The position numbers and the translations under genes are program-made. Under the pieces are notes generated by a model. It did no database searches and had not been told where the DNA came from. It was given only the letters and a program-made list of their open reading frames with translations. 64,000 bases of DNA from Bryobacterales bacterium. GTDB lineage: Bacteria > Acidobacteriota > Terriglobia > Bryobacterales > UBA6623. This document shows positions 43,054 to 52,541 of the stretch, one piece after another (positions within the stretch are counted from its first letter, which is position 1; every line of letters starts with the position of its first letter). The stretch lies in contig CBDCYS010000039.1 in NCBI GenBank assembly GCA_965224215.1, positions 193,705-257,704 on the forward strand, read 5' to 3'.

Positions 43054-43293
43054 GGTAGCAGGACGTAGCCCACGCCTCTCGGCGGACAGCGTCCCGGCCT
43101 GCGGCCCGACGTTTGGAAGCTTTCCAGTTTCATGCAGCGATAGATGGAGCTCCACTCTCATTTAGCCGTCTCTTGCCGCTCATTTGCCCTCTTTTACCGC
43201 TCAAATGATCGTATTCGTATTACGGTTTTTTGGCTGAGGCAGCCTGAAATTCCCACGGAACGTGTCGCAGCCGCGGAATGTTCAAGCTCCAGC

Positions 43294-43318
43294 GGGCGTA
43301 GCACGCTACGCCCCTACG
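43294..43318. repeat. palindromic REP, exact inverted copy of 36720-36744
   Basis: GGGCGTAGCACGCTACGCCCCTACG is the reverse complement of the 36720 copy. Confidence 0.8.
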
Positions 43319-43376
43319 TCGGACCGAAGGCGGCTCGCAGGGAGGAACCCCCGCTCTTACGCATTACGCCAACCCC

Positions 43377-43945
43377 CTACCTACAGGCACGCGAGCCGCA
43401 CCCGCAAGTTTCACCTTCGTTGCGCGGCTCGTAGTTCAAGACCTTCCGGCGGCTGTCCAACTCTACATTGCAACAAGAGAGCAGCTTTCTCTTGAGCTGT
43501 TCGCGCCCACGTTGAACACGCGACTTGGCTCCGGAAACGCTTAGCCCTAGCTGGCTGGCTATTCGGCGCTGCGTGGTCCCTTGTAGTTCCGCAAGCTCGA
43601 TTGCATGGCGATACTTCTCGGGCAACTCCGCAACCATTCGGCTGACGCATGTGGCAAGTTCCTGGCTGGCATCGTCGACGTCCTCCGTGTGGCTCGCAAC
43701 GTTGTTCGTGTTCAGTTCCTCGAAGGGGCCTTGCGGAAATGATCCGTGATCGTGTTTCGCACAATGCGATAGAGCCACCCGGTTAAGCGCTGATCGTCCT
43801 TCAGTGACCCGATCCCGTTGTGAATCTTGAGGAAGGCCTCTTGCAGCAGATCGTCGGCGACGTCCTCATCGTGAACACGCTGCCGAATGAAGCTCCGCAG
43901 CGGAGCTCGGAAGTCTTCCCAGATCTGTTGCGTTGATAGTCCCAC
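43377..43945 (-). pseudogene. sigZ: SigZ-type sigma-70 family factor with Cys-rich C-terminus, frameshifted
   Basis: Region 2 lies in ORF 43712-43945 (DDLLQEAFLKIH...WLYRIVRNTITDHFRK). Region 4 plus the CCNVE...CGCGSRAC tail lies in ORF 43377-43778, in another frame. Total length is 569 nt, and the break is in a C4/G4 run at 43725-43730. GTG start abuts the stop of the upstream gene. Confidence 0.75.
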
Positions 43946-44506
43946 CTATGTGCTCACTTCGGCCGCGGTTGTGACGGCGCAACAGGTGTAATCGCTGTGT
44001 CCGGGCGCGGGGTTGCAGTCCGCCGGCTCGCAACAAGTGGTCTCCGGGCCCGCCTCCCTTTTGATGGGTGCATAGTCGCTTGCCTCATTATCGAGCACAA
44101 CGAAAACCTCCCATGCGTTGCCGTCCGGATCGCTTACCCACACCTTGTCCTGAACCGCATAACAGCAGGCAACGCTTTCCTCCCTACTAGTCTTCATGCC
44201 GGCTTGCTGGAGCCGCTCTGTCATGCGTTTCACCTCTGCGCCTGATTTGACCTGAACGCCGAAGTGCGAAACCGTTCCGGGATGCGGCGGCTTCGTCGAG
44301 CCCTCTGTCTTCGTCGAGCACTCGTTCAGCGTTAGATTCAAGGGCGGTTCGGCCACCTCGAACTTGGCGTAGCCCGGCCTGAGTTTGGTGGGCGCCTGTC
44401 CAAATAGGTCACGGTAAAACGCGATCGAACGTTCACGATCCGCGACGGCAAGCCCGATGTGAACACGGCTCTGTGTGTCAAATTGTACAGCGGATTCGTT
44501 TTTCAT
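43946..44506 (-). CDS. ArsI/CadI-family glyoxalase-fold metalloenzyme (C-As lyase-like)
   Basis: 186 aa. RVHIGLAVADRERSIAFYRDLFG, GTVSHFGVQV, and the vicinal cysteines VACCYAVQDKVWVSDPDGNAWEVF typical of ArsI/CadI. There is an extra Cys-rich tail (TTCCEPADC...YTCC). Confidence 0.8.
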   Translation of the reverse strand: MKNESAVQFDTQSRVHIGLAVADRERSIAFYRDLFGQAPTKLRPGYAKFEVAEPPLNLTLNECSTKTEGSTKPPHPGTVSHFGVQVKSGAEVKRMTERLQQAGMKTSREESVACCYAVQDKVWVSDPDGNAWEVFVVLDNEASDYAPIKREAGPETTCCEPADCNPAPGHSDYTCCAVTTAAEVST

Positions 44507-44592
44507 GTTGATGCCTCCATTTGATCAGATAGCTTCTTCTATCCAATCAGACGGAGGCATCTCGAAAAGGACGCAGGAAATGTGGCGAACGA

Positions 44593-45309
44593 TCAGGGCC
44601 TGTCCTTTCGGAAGACCAGGACATACTGGTGGGGCAGATGGTCGAAATGTCTTTCGAGCTTGAATCCGGCGGAGACAATCTCCGCGGCAAACCCATCACG
44701 GTCGAGCCGGATATGCTTTTCGCACCACTCTTTCCCGCGCGTTGGGTGGTGTCGGCTACGGTAGAAGTCGACCATCACCAGCCGGCCATCCGGCTTCAGG
44801 GAGCGCCGGATGTTGCGCATGGTTTCGACGGGATAGCTGAAGTGATGGAAAGCATCGAGGACGAAAGCCAGGTCGACCTGGTCAGAGGGTAACTTGGGGT
44901 CTTTCTGATCTCCCAAGATCGTCTCGACGTTCGCCCAATTATTTTCGCGTTTCTTCTCTTCGACGGTATCCAGGAAGTCTTGCTGGATGTCCTCGGCGTA
45001 AATCTTCCCGCCGGGGCCGACGGCTTCGAGAAAGTAAGGCAGCATGAAGCCCACGCCTGAGCCAATGTCGGCGATGACATCGCCGTTGTTGACGCCAATT
45101 GCGGCGATCAACTCACGAGGTTTCTGGCTCTTTTCGCGTTCCGGCCGGTCGAGATTACTGGCAACCCGCTCCCGCTGCTCTTTGGTTTGATAACCGCTGT
45201 TGGCTTCCTTTGACACCTGCGCCGACAGAAGAACGGCCGACGCAGCCAACAGGAAAAGGCTACAGCACACACTTGACAGGAACTTACGTGACATTGAAAA
45301 GAAAAGCAC
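44593..45309 (-). CDS. class I SAM-dependent methyltransferase with N-terminal signal peptide
   Basis: 238 aa. The hydrophobic N-terminus ends LLSAQV. SAM motif I VIADIGSGVGFM, and post-I YAEDI. Confidence 0.8.
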   Translation of the reverse strand: MLFFSMSRKFLSSVCCSLFLLAASAVLLSAQVSKEANSGYQTKEQRERVASNLDRPEREKSQKPRELIAAIGVNNGDVIADIGSGVGFMLPYFLEAVGPGGKIYAEDIQQDFLDTVEEKKRENNWANVETILGDQKDPKLPSDQVDLAFVLDAFHHFSYPVETMRNIRRSLKPDGRLVMVDFYRSRHHPTRGKEWCEKHIRLDRDGFAAEIVSAGFKLERHFDHLPHQYVLVFRKDRP

Positions 45310-45373
45310 CCAGAAAGTTTTCGGCCCGCTGTTTCGCGCGCAGCTCAGGCCGGCGGCTGCAGCGGCATCGACA

Positions 45374-46939
45374 CTAGAAGACGGCCTGTTCTTGCTCGGC
45401 GCGAGCGGCGCTGGCTATCTGTGAGGGAGCGTAATCGGGCATTTTCAGTTCCGGCATGGGGGTCGTGCGGAACAGCGGCAAACACTTCTTGGCCAGCCAG
45501 CGCGCCCAGCCTGCCGCTTTGCCGATGCGTGCGCTGTCGGTGGCGATGCCGGTGTTGCCGTACATCTCAAGATAAAGCTTCGAGATCAGCACGAAGGCCG
45601 TCCGGGCGCGCACCCTCTTGGTGCAACCCCGCGCCCGCTTCCAAATCAGCGGAAAACTGTAGTATCTCTTCCAGGCCCCATGCGTCTGTTGACGGATCTG
45701 CTCGACGGACATGGTGGGATGGGGGATGTAGAGCCGCGGCCGCCGATGGCGGGGAATGAGCCAGTAGCGCGTGAGAGGTATGCCGTCAATCTTCTGCGGA
45801 TTTGCGGCCTGCTCTTTTTCCCAGCGCATGAAGTCGACCGTGCCGGGAAACGGCGTCATTGTCACGAACTGCGCGAACGTGACGCCGGCCGCCTGAGCCA
45901 GCGTCACCGTGGAGTCGAAGGTGTCGGGCCGGTCGGTCGGCAGACCGAAGATGAAGCTTCCCAATACGTGCAGACCATGCTTGCGGAAGGTTTGGAGCTG
46001 ATTTACCAGACTTTCTCCAGACTGGTTGAAATCTTTGAAAACGGCCTTCAGCCCTTCCGGCGTGACCGACTCGACGCCAACCAGCGCGCCTCGGATGTGG
46101 GCCTTCATCATGGCGTCGAGAAACTCGGGGTCTTCAGCGGCTTCCATGGTAATCTGCGTGAAGAACATCATTTCGTTCGGCAAATCAGCCATGCGCTGCA
46201 TGAGTTCGAATCGTTCGTCGCGCAGGGCCGTCAACTCGGCCAGCCGCTTCTCATTCTTTTGCTCTTTTGCCAGACGCAGGTCCTCCAGCGTGACAGGGTA
46301 GAAATTGTCGTCGGCCAGGACAACGATCTTGAATCCGAGCCGCCTCAATTCGATGATCTCCTGAATCACAATGTCGGAATTACGCTGGCGTGGTTCCTGA
46401 CCGTCCGTGCGCCAGACGGAGCAGAACGAGCAATGTTTGGGGCATCCACGCACGGTCTGCACCGAGGCGAAAAGGTAGCTCTTCTCGGGCATCAGATCCC
46501 AGCGCGCCGGAAGAAATTGGTCGGACTCGACACGGCCGCCGTCGTAGAGGGGCTTGGGGTTGCCGTTGACACAGTCCGTCACGGCCTGGCCCCAGACCAC
46601 GTCGCCGTCGCCCTTGACGACACTGTGCGCGCCGCCGCGCTCGTAAGACTCCTCGGGGAAGAGGGTAGCGTGAATGCCGCCGAAGACTACATAGGCTCCA
46701 CGCTCTCTCGCTATCCGGCCAAGCGCATAGCCGCGAAGGGCGTTGGAGGTGTGAATGCCGATGCCGACGACATCCCCTGCCTGAATCTCCTCCGGATCGA
46801 TCAACTCCAGAGTTTCATCGACAACATGAGGGTCCCCGAATTCGCGCGGCGTGGCCGAAGCAAGAACGTAGAGCCAGCGCGGCGTGATGACGGATATTCC
46901 GAATGAAACGTCGCTGGGGTTGATTAGATGTACCCGCAT
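45374..46939 (-). CDS. B12-binding-domain radical SAM protein (DUF4070-type C-terminus)
   Basis: 521 aa. N-terminal cobalamin-binding-like Rossmann region (VVGIGIHTSN...VVFGGIHAT), radical SAM cluster motif RGCPKHCSFCSV, and a long C-terminal extension. Confidence 0.85.
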   Translation of the reverse strand: MRVHLINPSDVSFGISVITPRWLYVLASATPREFGDPHVVDETLELIDPEEIQAGDVVGIGIHTSNALRGYALGRIARERGAYVVFGGIHATLFPEESYERGGAHSVVKGDGDVVWGQAVTDCVNGNPKPLYDGGRVESDQFLPARWDLMPEKSYLFASVQTVRGCPKHCSFCSVWRTDGQEPRQRNSDIVIQEIIELRRLGFKIVVLADDNFYPVTLEDLRLAKEQKNEKRLAELTALRDERFELMQRMADLPNEMMFFTQITMEAAEDPEFLDAMMKAHIRGALVGVESVTPEGLKAVFKDFNQSGESLVNQLQTFRKHGLHVLGSFIFGLPTDRPDTFDSTVTLAQAAGVTFAQFVTMTPFPGTVDFMRWEKEQAANPQKIDGIPLTRYWLIPRHRRPRLYIPHPTMSVEQIRQQTHGAWKRYYSFPLIWKRARGCTKRVRARTAFVLISKLYLEMYGNTGIATDSARIGKAAGWARWLAKKCLPLFRTTPMPELKMPDYAPSQIASAARAEQEQAVF

Positions 46940-47246
46940 GGTGTTGCTCTCTCCCTCTAACGCACTTCAAGAGGAGCCCATGTCTCAGCCTGAGCGGCTT
47001 CGTGTATGCTTGCGAGCACAGCTCTCATCAAAGTCAGTTTGCGTGTAGGTATTGCCGCGTCACCGCGTAAGCCAGCCGCGGAGTTTGTGAACGGCCCTGC
47101 TGGGGCTTTCGCCGAGCCCCGAGGCCTCGCCTGCGTAGACCGGAGCCCGAATGCTAATAGTACCAGGTTAGCCGCCAAGTATGGGGGATACCAGGATTTG
47201 ACCTGCCGCTGTCGACGGGCTTAAGTTATCGATTAGGAGGCTGAGT

Positions 47247-47453
47247 TTGGCATCAGAATCTTTGGTCGACCGCTTCAGAATGCTGGGCCGCTACAACCAG
47301 CTCGTCAGTGTCCGCCTCTACCCTTTGTATGGAGAGTTGGACGACCGGGAGTATCGCAAAGAGCGCCTCGGATCCTTCCAGAGTATTCATCGCACGTTGA
47401 ATCATCTGCTGGTGGGTGACCGTATTTCCGGAATGAGGCCGTTGGCAGACTAG
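47247..47453 (+). pseudogene. DinB-family protein remnant (N-terminal ~68 codons only)
   Basis: RYNQLVSVRLYPLYGELDDREYRKERLGSFQSIHRTLNHLLVGDRI matches the first two helices of DinB-fold proteins. The ORF terminates early and the argR 3' end follows within 75 bp. Confidence 0.5.
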
Positions 47454-47526
47454 GCCGCACCCTTGCGGACGCGGCTCTGTCGAGAACCGCCGCTCTATCG
47501 TTGCAGCTGCAGTGTCGGGCGGGTGT

Positions 47527-48003
47527 TTATCCCAGGTCCAACAATTTCTGGCGCAGCTGCCGCGCTTTCGCCGGGCTTGGGGTCGCCACAAAGATGGTGT
47601 CATCGCCCGCGACAGTTCCCACGATTTCAGGCCAACGCACCGAATCAAGCGCGAGCGCGACAGCTCCAGCGCTACCGGGATTGGTCTTGATAATCACTAG
47701 GTTCTGGGCCACTTGAGCGTCGCGCAGAAACTCCTGCAGGACTCGAGTGAGGTTGTCGCGAACTTCCAGCGCTGCTCCACTATGCGAGCCATTGCCGGGG
47801 GTATTGCTTGCCGTTAGGGCAGCTCGTTCTTGATAACCGTCGGCCGTTTTTATGATCCCTAACTCGCGTATGTCCCGGGAAAGCGTGACTTGAGTTGCCT
47901 CGACTCCTAGTTTGCCCAGCGCGGAGGCCAATTCCTCTTGGGTGTGAATCGCGGACACCCGGATCAGCTTCTGAATCTGGGTCTGGCGAAACCCTTTGCT
48001 CAT
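47527..48003 (-). CDS. argR: arginine repressor
   Basis: 158 aa. QTQIQKLIRVSAIHTQEELASALGKLGVEATQVTLSRDIRELGIIK winged-helix region and GTVAGDDTIFV in the C-terminal domain. ATGA overlap with the argH stop. Confidence 0.92.
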   Translation of the reverse strand: MSKGFRQTQIQKLIRVSAIHTQEELASALGKLGVEATQVTLSRDIRELGIIKTADGYQERAALTASNTPGNGSHSGAALEVRDNLTRVLQEFLRDAQVAQNLVIIKTNPGSAGAVALALDSVRWPEIVGTVAGDDTIFVATPSPAKARQLRQKLLDLG

Positions 48004-49388
48004 GACGATTCACGCATATCGGACAAACGCTGCCGGGCGATCTCCACAGCGCGCCGGACGGTCTCGGGGGCGGTGCCGCCAGGCGGCGTGTGATTCCCCA
48101 ACGCACGCCTCGCGGAAAGCAACTCTACCGCCTCGGTGTCAAATTCGGGAGCAATTGCATGAAGCTGCTGCTCGTTCCAATCACTTGGCCTTTTGCCCAG
48201 CCGGACGCTCTCAAGAACCAGCACGCCGACGACCTGATGCGCCCGGTGGAACGGCACGCCGCGTTTGGATAGCATCTCCGCGAGTTCCGTTGCGCAGGTC
48301 CAACTCGCGTCCGCCGCCTCTTCCATCGCAGCCGCGTTGATTCTCGTGGTGTCAATCGAGAGTTTCGTGACTGCGAGCGAACCAGCCAGATGATCCGCCG
48401 CGTCAAAGACCGGCGGCTTGTCTTCCTGCAAGTCGCGATTGTAGGCGAGGGGTAAACCCTTGACCGTCATCAACAGAGAGGTCAGATCGCCGACAACTCT
48501 TCCCGACTTGCCGCGGACCAATTCGAAAGCGTCGGGATTCTTCTTTTGCGGCATCAGACTGGAACCGCTGGTAACCTCATCCCCCAGCTCCAGAAAACCG
48601 AACTCCTCACTCGAATAGAGAATCCAGTCCTCCGCTAGCCGGCTCAAATGCAGCATCGTTACGGAGGCTGCATAGAGGAAGTCCAGCGCAAAGTCGCGGT
48701 CCGAAACAACGTCGAGGCTGTTGTTGGAAATGCTGTCGAATCTCAGCTCGTCAGCGATCGCCTGGCGGTCGAAGGGGAAACCGCTTCCAGCGAGGGCGCC
48801 GCTACCCAGCGGCAGGACGTTTGTTCTTTGGTGCGCTTCACCAAACCGTTGCCAGTCGCGGGCGAACATCTCAAAGTAGGCCAGCAAGTAGTGCGACCAC
48901 AGGATGGGTTGCGCCCTTCGAAGGTGCGTGTAGCCTGGAAGCAACGCATCGGGCTCACGCTCGGCGAAGCCCACGAGGGCGTCCATCAAGCCGGCCAAGC
49001 GCCCACGGGTAGCCGCGATTTCCTCGCGTAGCCATAGACGAAAGTCGGTGGCTACTTGTTCGTTGCGGCTGCGGCCTGTGTGGATCTTGTCGGCTACGTC
49101 TCCCGCTGTCTCCTTCAGCTTGCGGATGACAAATGTGTGAATGTCTTCGTCGGTGGCTCCTTCAAAGAAATCCGGCTGCTCGGACTGCTCTAGTATTTGG
49201 TCGAAGGCCGTGCGGATTTGGTCGCGCTCTTGTTGAGAGAGAATGCCGACGCGCTCGAGCGCCGACGCGAAGGCCTTGGACCCGGCGATATCGGCTCCGA
49301 GTAGACGGCGATCGAAATCGAGTGAGACCGAAAACTGCTCGAACAGCTCGGATGGTCCGGTTTCGAATCTGCCTCCCCAGAGTTTCAT
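48000..49388 (-). CDS. argH: argininosuccinate lyase
   Basis: 462 aa. MKLWGGRFE, TGRSRNEQVATD, and the GSSLMPQKKNPD signature. Confidence 0.97.
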   Translation of the reverse strand: MKLWGGRFETGPSELFEQFSVSLDFDRRLLGADIAGSKAFASALERVGILSQQERDQIRTAFDQILEQSEQPDFFEGATDEDIHTFVIRKLKETAGDVADKIHTGRSRNEQVATDFRLWLREEIAATRGRLAGLMDALVGFAEREPDALLPGYTHLRRAQPILWSHYLLAYFEMFARDWQRFGEAHQRTNVLPLGSGALAGSGFPFDRQAIADELRFDSISNNSLDVVSDRDFALDFLYAASVTMLHLSRLAEDWILYSSEEFGFLELGDEVTSGSSLMPQKKNPDAFELVRGKSGRVVGDLTSLLMTVKGLPLAYNRDLQEDKPPVFDAADHLAGSLAVTKLSIDTTRINAAAMEEAADASWTCATELAEMLSKRGVPFHRAHQVVGVLVLESVRLGKRPSDWNEQQLHAIAPEFDTEAVELLSARRALGNHTPPGGTAPETVRRAVEIARQRLSDMRESS

Positions 49389-49473
49389 GGCGTTTCCATT
49401 TTCGGTTGATCAGTTTGTCTGTTGACCGGTTGAGCTATTCGCGGCCTTCCCTCGGAAGCGTCGGGCGGTGGGA

Positions 49474-49493
49474 GCGCGGGCTTCCGTCCGCGC
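49474..49493. repeat. REP-type hairpin GCGCGGGC-TTCC-GTCCGCGC
   Basis: Same family and same plus-strand orientation as 6687 and 54233, with the shared CCTCTGT tail. Lies between argG and argH. Confidence 0.65.
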
Positions 49494-49525
49494 CTCTGTC
49501 CGGCCGTTTGAAGCTTTTGCCGTTG

Positions 49526-50740
49526 CTAGCGCTGCTTTGCCGCTACCGCGGCGCCGACTTTGATCGGCAGGCCGACCAGGTTGATGAAGCCGGCCGCGTC
49601 TTTCTGGTCGTAGTCGGCTCCCATTGTGAAACTGGCGATTTCTTCTGAATAGAGCGAATACGGCGACTTACGGCTGACGACATCGACGTGCCCTTTATAG
49701 AGCCGCAATACGATTTCGCCGCTCACACGCCGTTGGGTCTCATTGATGAATGCGTCCAGCGCTTCCCGCAGGGCAGTGAACCATTGCCCGTTGTAGACGA
49801 GGTCGGCGTAGTCCAGGGCGATCTTCTGCTTGTAATGCGAAGTCGCGCGGTCGAGCGTCAGGCTTTCCAGCTCGCTGTGAGCGGCCATCAGAATCGTGCC
49901 GCCGGGCGTCTCGTAACAACCTCGCGACTTCATCCCGACGAAGCGATTTTCAACAAGGTCGATGCGGCCGACTCCATGCTCAGCTCCCAAAGTATTCAAT
50001 GTTTCGACGATGCTCGCCGGACTCAGTTTCTCTCCATTGAGGGCTACTGGTGTGCCTTGATCGAACTCGATTGCAACATCCGCAGGCGTATTAGGCGCGT
50101 CCTTGGGGCTTTTTGAGAGCATCCAAACGCCGTCGGAAGGAAAGTTGGCTGGGTCCTCAAGCTCACCGCCTTCGTGCGAGATATGCCACAGATTGCGGTC
50201 GCGGCTATAGATCTTGGCCTTTGACACGTCGATCGGAATGTCATGCGCCGTGGCGTAGTCGATGGCATCCTCGCGTGAGGTGATCGACCATTCACGCCAA
50301 GGAGCGATGACCGGCAGATGCGGCGCCAATGCCTTGTAGGTCAGCTCGAAGCGCACTTGGTCGTTGCCCTTGCCGGTGGCCCCGTGCGAAAGTGCGTCGC
50401 AGCCGGTTTCGAGCGCGACTTCGACTTGACGCTTGGCGATCAAGGGCCGGGCGATCGAGGTTCCGAGCAGATATTTGTTTTCGTAGACGGCTCCGGAGCG
50501 CACCATCGGCCATACATAGTCGCGAACGAACTCTTCGCGCATGTCTTCCACAAACACTTCAACCGCACCGCTTTTCTTGGCCTTCTCGACGATTCCTTGC
50601 AGCTCGCCGCCGCCCTGACCGACGTCGCCGCAGACCGCTACAACCTCGCAGCCGTAGTTCTCACGCAACCACGGAATGATAATGGATGTGTCGAGCCCAC
50701 CCGAATAGGCGAGTGCTACTTTCTTTGGTTTTCGTGCCAT
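49526..50740 (-). CDS. argG: argininosuccinate synthase
   Basis: Start placed at [19 protein letters not shown] (ATG at 50740); the track ORF extends to 50794. [15 protein letters not shown] signature. Confidence 0.96.
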   Translation of the reverse strand: MARKPKKVALAYSGGLDTSIIIPWLRENYGCEVVAVCGDVGQGGGELQGIVEKAKKSGAVEVFVEDMREEFVRDYVWPMVRSGAVYENKYLLGTSIARPLIAKRQVEVALETGCDALSHGATGKGNDQVRFELTYKALAPHLPVIAPWREWSITSREDAIDYATAHDIPIDVSKAKIYSRDRNLWHISHEGGELEDPANFPSDGVWMLSKSPKDAPNTPADVAIEFDQGTPVALNGEKLSPASIVETLNTLGAEHGVGRIDLVENRFVGMKSRGCYETPGGTILMAAHSELESLTLDRATSHYKQKIALDYADLVYNGQWFTALREALDAFINETQRRVSGEIVLRLYKGHVDVVSRKSPYSLYSEEIASFTMGADYDQKDAAGFINLVGLPIKVGAAVAAKQR

Positions 50741-50790
50741 GAAGTTTGATTCCTTGTTTCTCGAAGTTGCTCCAAAGAGGCAGAAAGTTG

Positions 50791-51253
50791 TCACGTCACC
50801 AATCGAATCGGGTCACCGTTTCGCAAAAAACCTTCCGTTACAATTTGCGCGCGCAGGCCTCCCCGATGAATCAGCCCCTTCTGGACGCCCGGAACGGTCA
50901 GCTTCTCAAGATGGCCACACGGCTCTCAGAGACGAATGCCTCGAAGCCTTACATCCCCCCCCAAGAACTTCCTTTCCGACTAAATGATTCAGCGCGATGC
51001 CCCGCGTGACGAGATTGCGGCGGGCCTCTCCTTCTTTGATCGTGACGTTGTAGTCGCGCGCTAGGGCTTCGACGGCTTCTGCTTCAACGAGAGTCACTTC
51101 GCGGTCGGGCTCTCCAGACTTGCTAAACGTGCCTTCGTGCTTGCAGTAGCGGTCGCCTTCTAGGCCGTAGCCGGGGATTGCTCGCGCTTCGGGCACGGGC
51201 AGCAGCTCGGCGGCTTTTGCTTCGGCTATGTAGATTCCTGCCAGCTCGGCCAT
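50791..51253 (-). pseudogene. MOSC-domain protein with a homopolymer frameshift and an in-frame TGA
   Basis: The N-terminal 115 aa are in track ORF 50906-51253. After the G8 run (C8 on plus, 50955-50962) the next frame reads [56 protein letters not shown] lies at 50928-50926. Total length is 463 nt. Confidence 0.7.
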
Positions 51254-51320
51254 TGGTTTTTCCCCTTTGCCGGACGCAATGCGCGGGACACTTGACCCCA
51301 GACTTCCGTCTGAGGCTCTG

Positions 51321-52286
51321 TTACTGCTTTCCCCCTATCATCATCAGCAGCAACGCTTTCTGGGCGTGTAAGCGGTTTTCGGCTTGGTCGAAGACGACCG
51401 AACCGACCGACTCGATCACCGAATCGGTGACTTCTTCTCCTCGCGAAGCCGGCAGACAATGCATGAAGGCAGCGTTGGGTTTTGCGAGGGCCATCAGTTC
51501 GTCCGTCACTTGAAAGTCGGCAAAGGCCATGCGCCGTTGCTGTGTTTGCGCCTCCCAGCCCATGCTGGTCCAGATGTCGGTGTAAACTGCGTCCGCGTCT
51601 TTCACCGCTTCGACTGGATCGTAGGTGAGAGTTATCTCCGCGCCTGCTTCCTTAGCCATCTCGCTGGCTTGAGCCGTGATCTTGGCGTCGGGCTCGTAGC
51701 CGGGCGGGTGTGCCAGCGCTACCGACACGCCGAGACGCGCGCCGCACAGCATCAGCGAATGCGCCACATTGTTGCCGTCGCCGACAAACGCCATCTTGAG
51801 GCCGGCGAGCTTGCCGTGGTGCTCTTCGAGCGTCAGGAAATCCGCCATGGCCTGGCAAGGGTGGTAGCGCCCGCTGAGGGCATTAATCACGGGAACCGAT
51901 GACCATCGCGCCAGCTCTTCCAGCGTGCTTTGTTCGTAAGTTCGCGCCACGATCGCGTCCACCCAGCGATCGAGATTGCGGGCCATGTCTCGTGCGGGCT
52001 CGCGTTCGCCGATTCGCCCGTCACGGTGGTCCAGGAAGATTGAGTCCCCGCCAAGTTGTTTGGCCGCCAGCTCGAAGGTGACTCGCGTGCGAAGCGATGC
52101 TTTCTCGAACACCACGGCAATATTGCGATGTTTCAGGGTCTCGGCGTATTCCAACGGGGCAGCCTTGACGCGGCTGGCCAAGGCGATCAGATCACGGAGT
52201 TCCGCGGCGGTCAGGTCGAGGTCCGTCAACAGGTGCGATGCGGCAATAGCCGGTATGGTCAGTGGCTCTTTCAAGGCAGCAGACAT
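51321..52286 (-). CDS. argF: ornithine carbamoyltransferase
   Basis: 321 aa. FEKASLRTRVTFE (STRTR motif), HPCQ, and HCLPA motifs. Confidence 0.96.
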   Translation of the reverse strand: MSAALKEPLTIPAIAASHLLTDLDLTAAELRDLIALASRVKAAPLEYAETLKHRNIAVVFEKASLRTRVTFELAAKQLGGDSIFLDHRDGRIGEREPARDMARNLDRWVDAIVARTYEQSTLEELARWSSVPVINALSGRYHPCQAMADFLTLEEHHGKLAGLKMAFVGDGNNVAHSLMLCGARLGVSVALAHPPGYEPDAKITAQASEMAKEAGAEITLTYDPVEAVKDADAVYTDIWTSMGWEAQTQQRRMAFADFQVTDELMALAKPNAAFMHCLPASRGEEVTDSVIESVGSVVFDQAENRLHAQKALLLMMIGGKQ

Positions 52287-52297
52287 AGGCGCCTCCC

Positions 52298-52335
52298 GAT
52301 GAATAATTATTCATCTAGAAGAATAATTACACATT
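52298..52335 (-). promoter_or_regulatory. tandem ARG boxes (ArgR operator) upstream of argF
   Basis: TGAATAATTATTCA at 52300-52313 matches the TGAATWWWWATTCA core perfectly. A second, degenerate box AGAATAATTACACA lies at 52320-52333, with a 20-bp centre spacing. The first box lies 14-28 nt upstream of the argF ATG, and argR is encoded in the same cluster. Confidence 0.75.
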
Positions 52336-52541
52336 TCGGTCACGAATGCAAGTGAAACTCGGCGGCGCAACAAGAAACGCGGGTCACTTCGAGCCTTGGC
52401 TGCGGGAATTTTGAGCCTTCCCACAGATGGCCAAGAGCCCAACCTGGACGATTGCGGAGTTGGCTGTCCGCTTACTGGCGGGGCTGTTATCCTGTCGATG
52501 GACCCAGCTGGATGCCTTCAATGAGAGGCTAGGAGCATTGG

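Noticed and set aside
45680-46906. 408-aa plus-strand ORF
   Set aside because: It is antisense to the radical SAM gene, whose CxxxCxxC motif and B12 domain are unambiguous. It has no recognisable motifs.
46940-47246. Cobalamin riboswitch upstream of the B12-binding radical SAM gene
   Set aside because: Reading the minus strand, I could not find the B12 box or the conserved GGGAA / GGTG / AATCC core arrangement. An Rfam scan would be needed to be sure.
50926-50928. TGA in the MOSC gene considered as a selenocysteine codon
   Set aside because: No convincing SECIS-like hairpin lies downstream and the gene also needs a frameshift correction. It is kept as a low-probability alternative in the findings.
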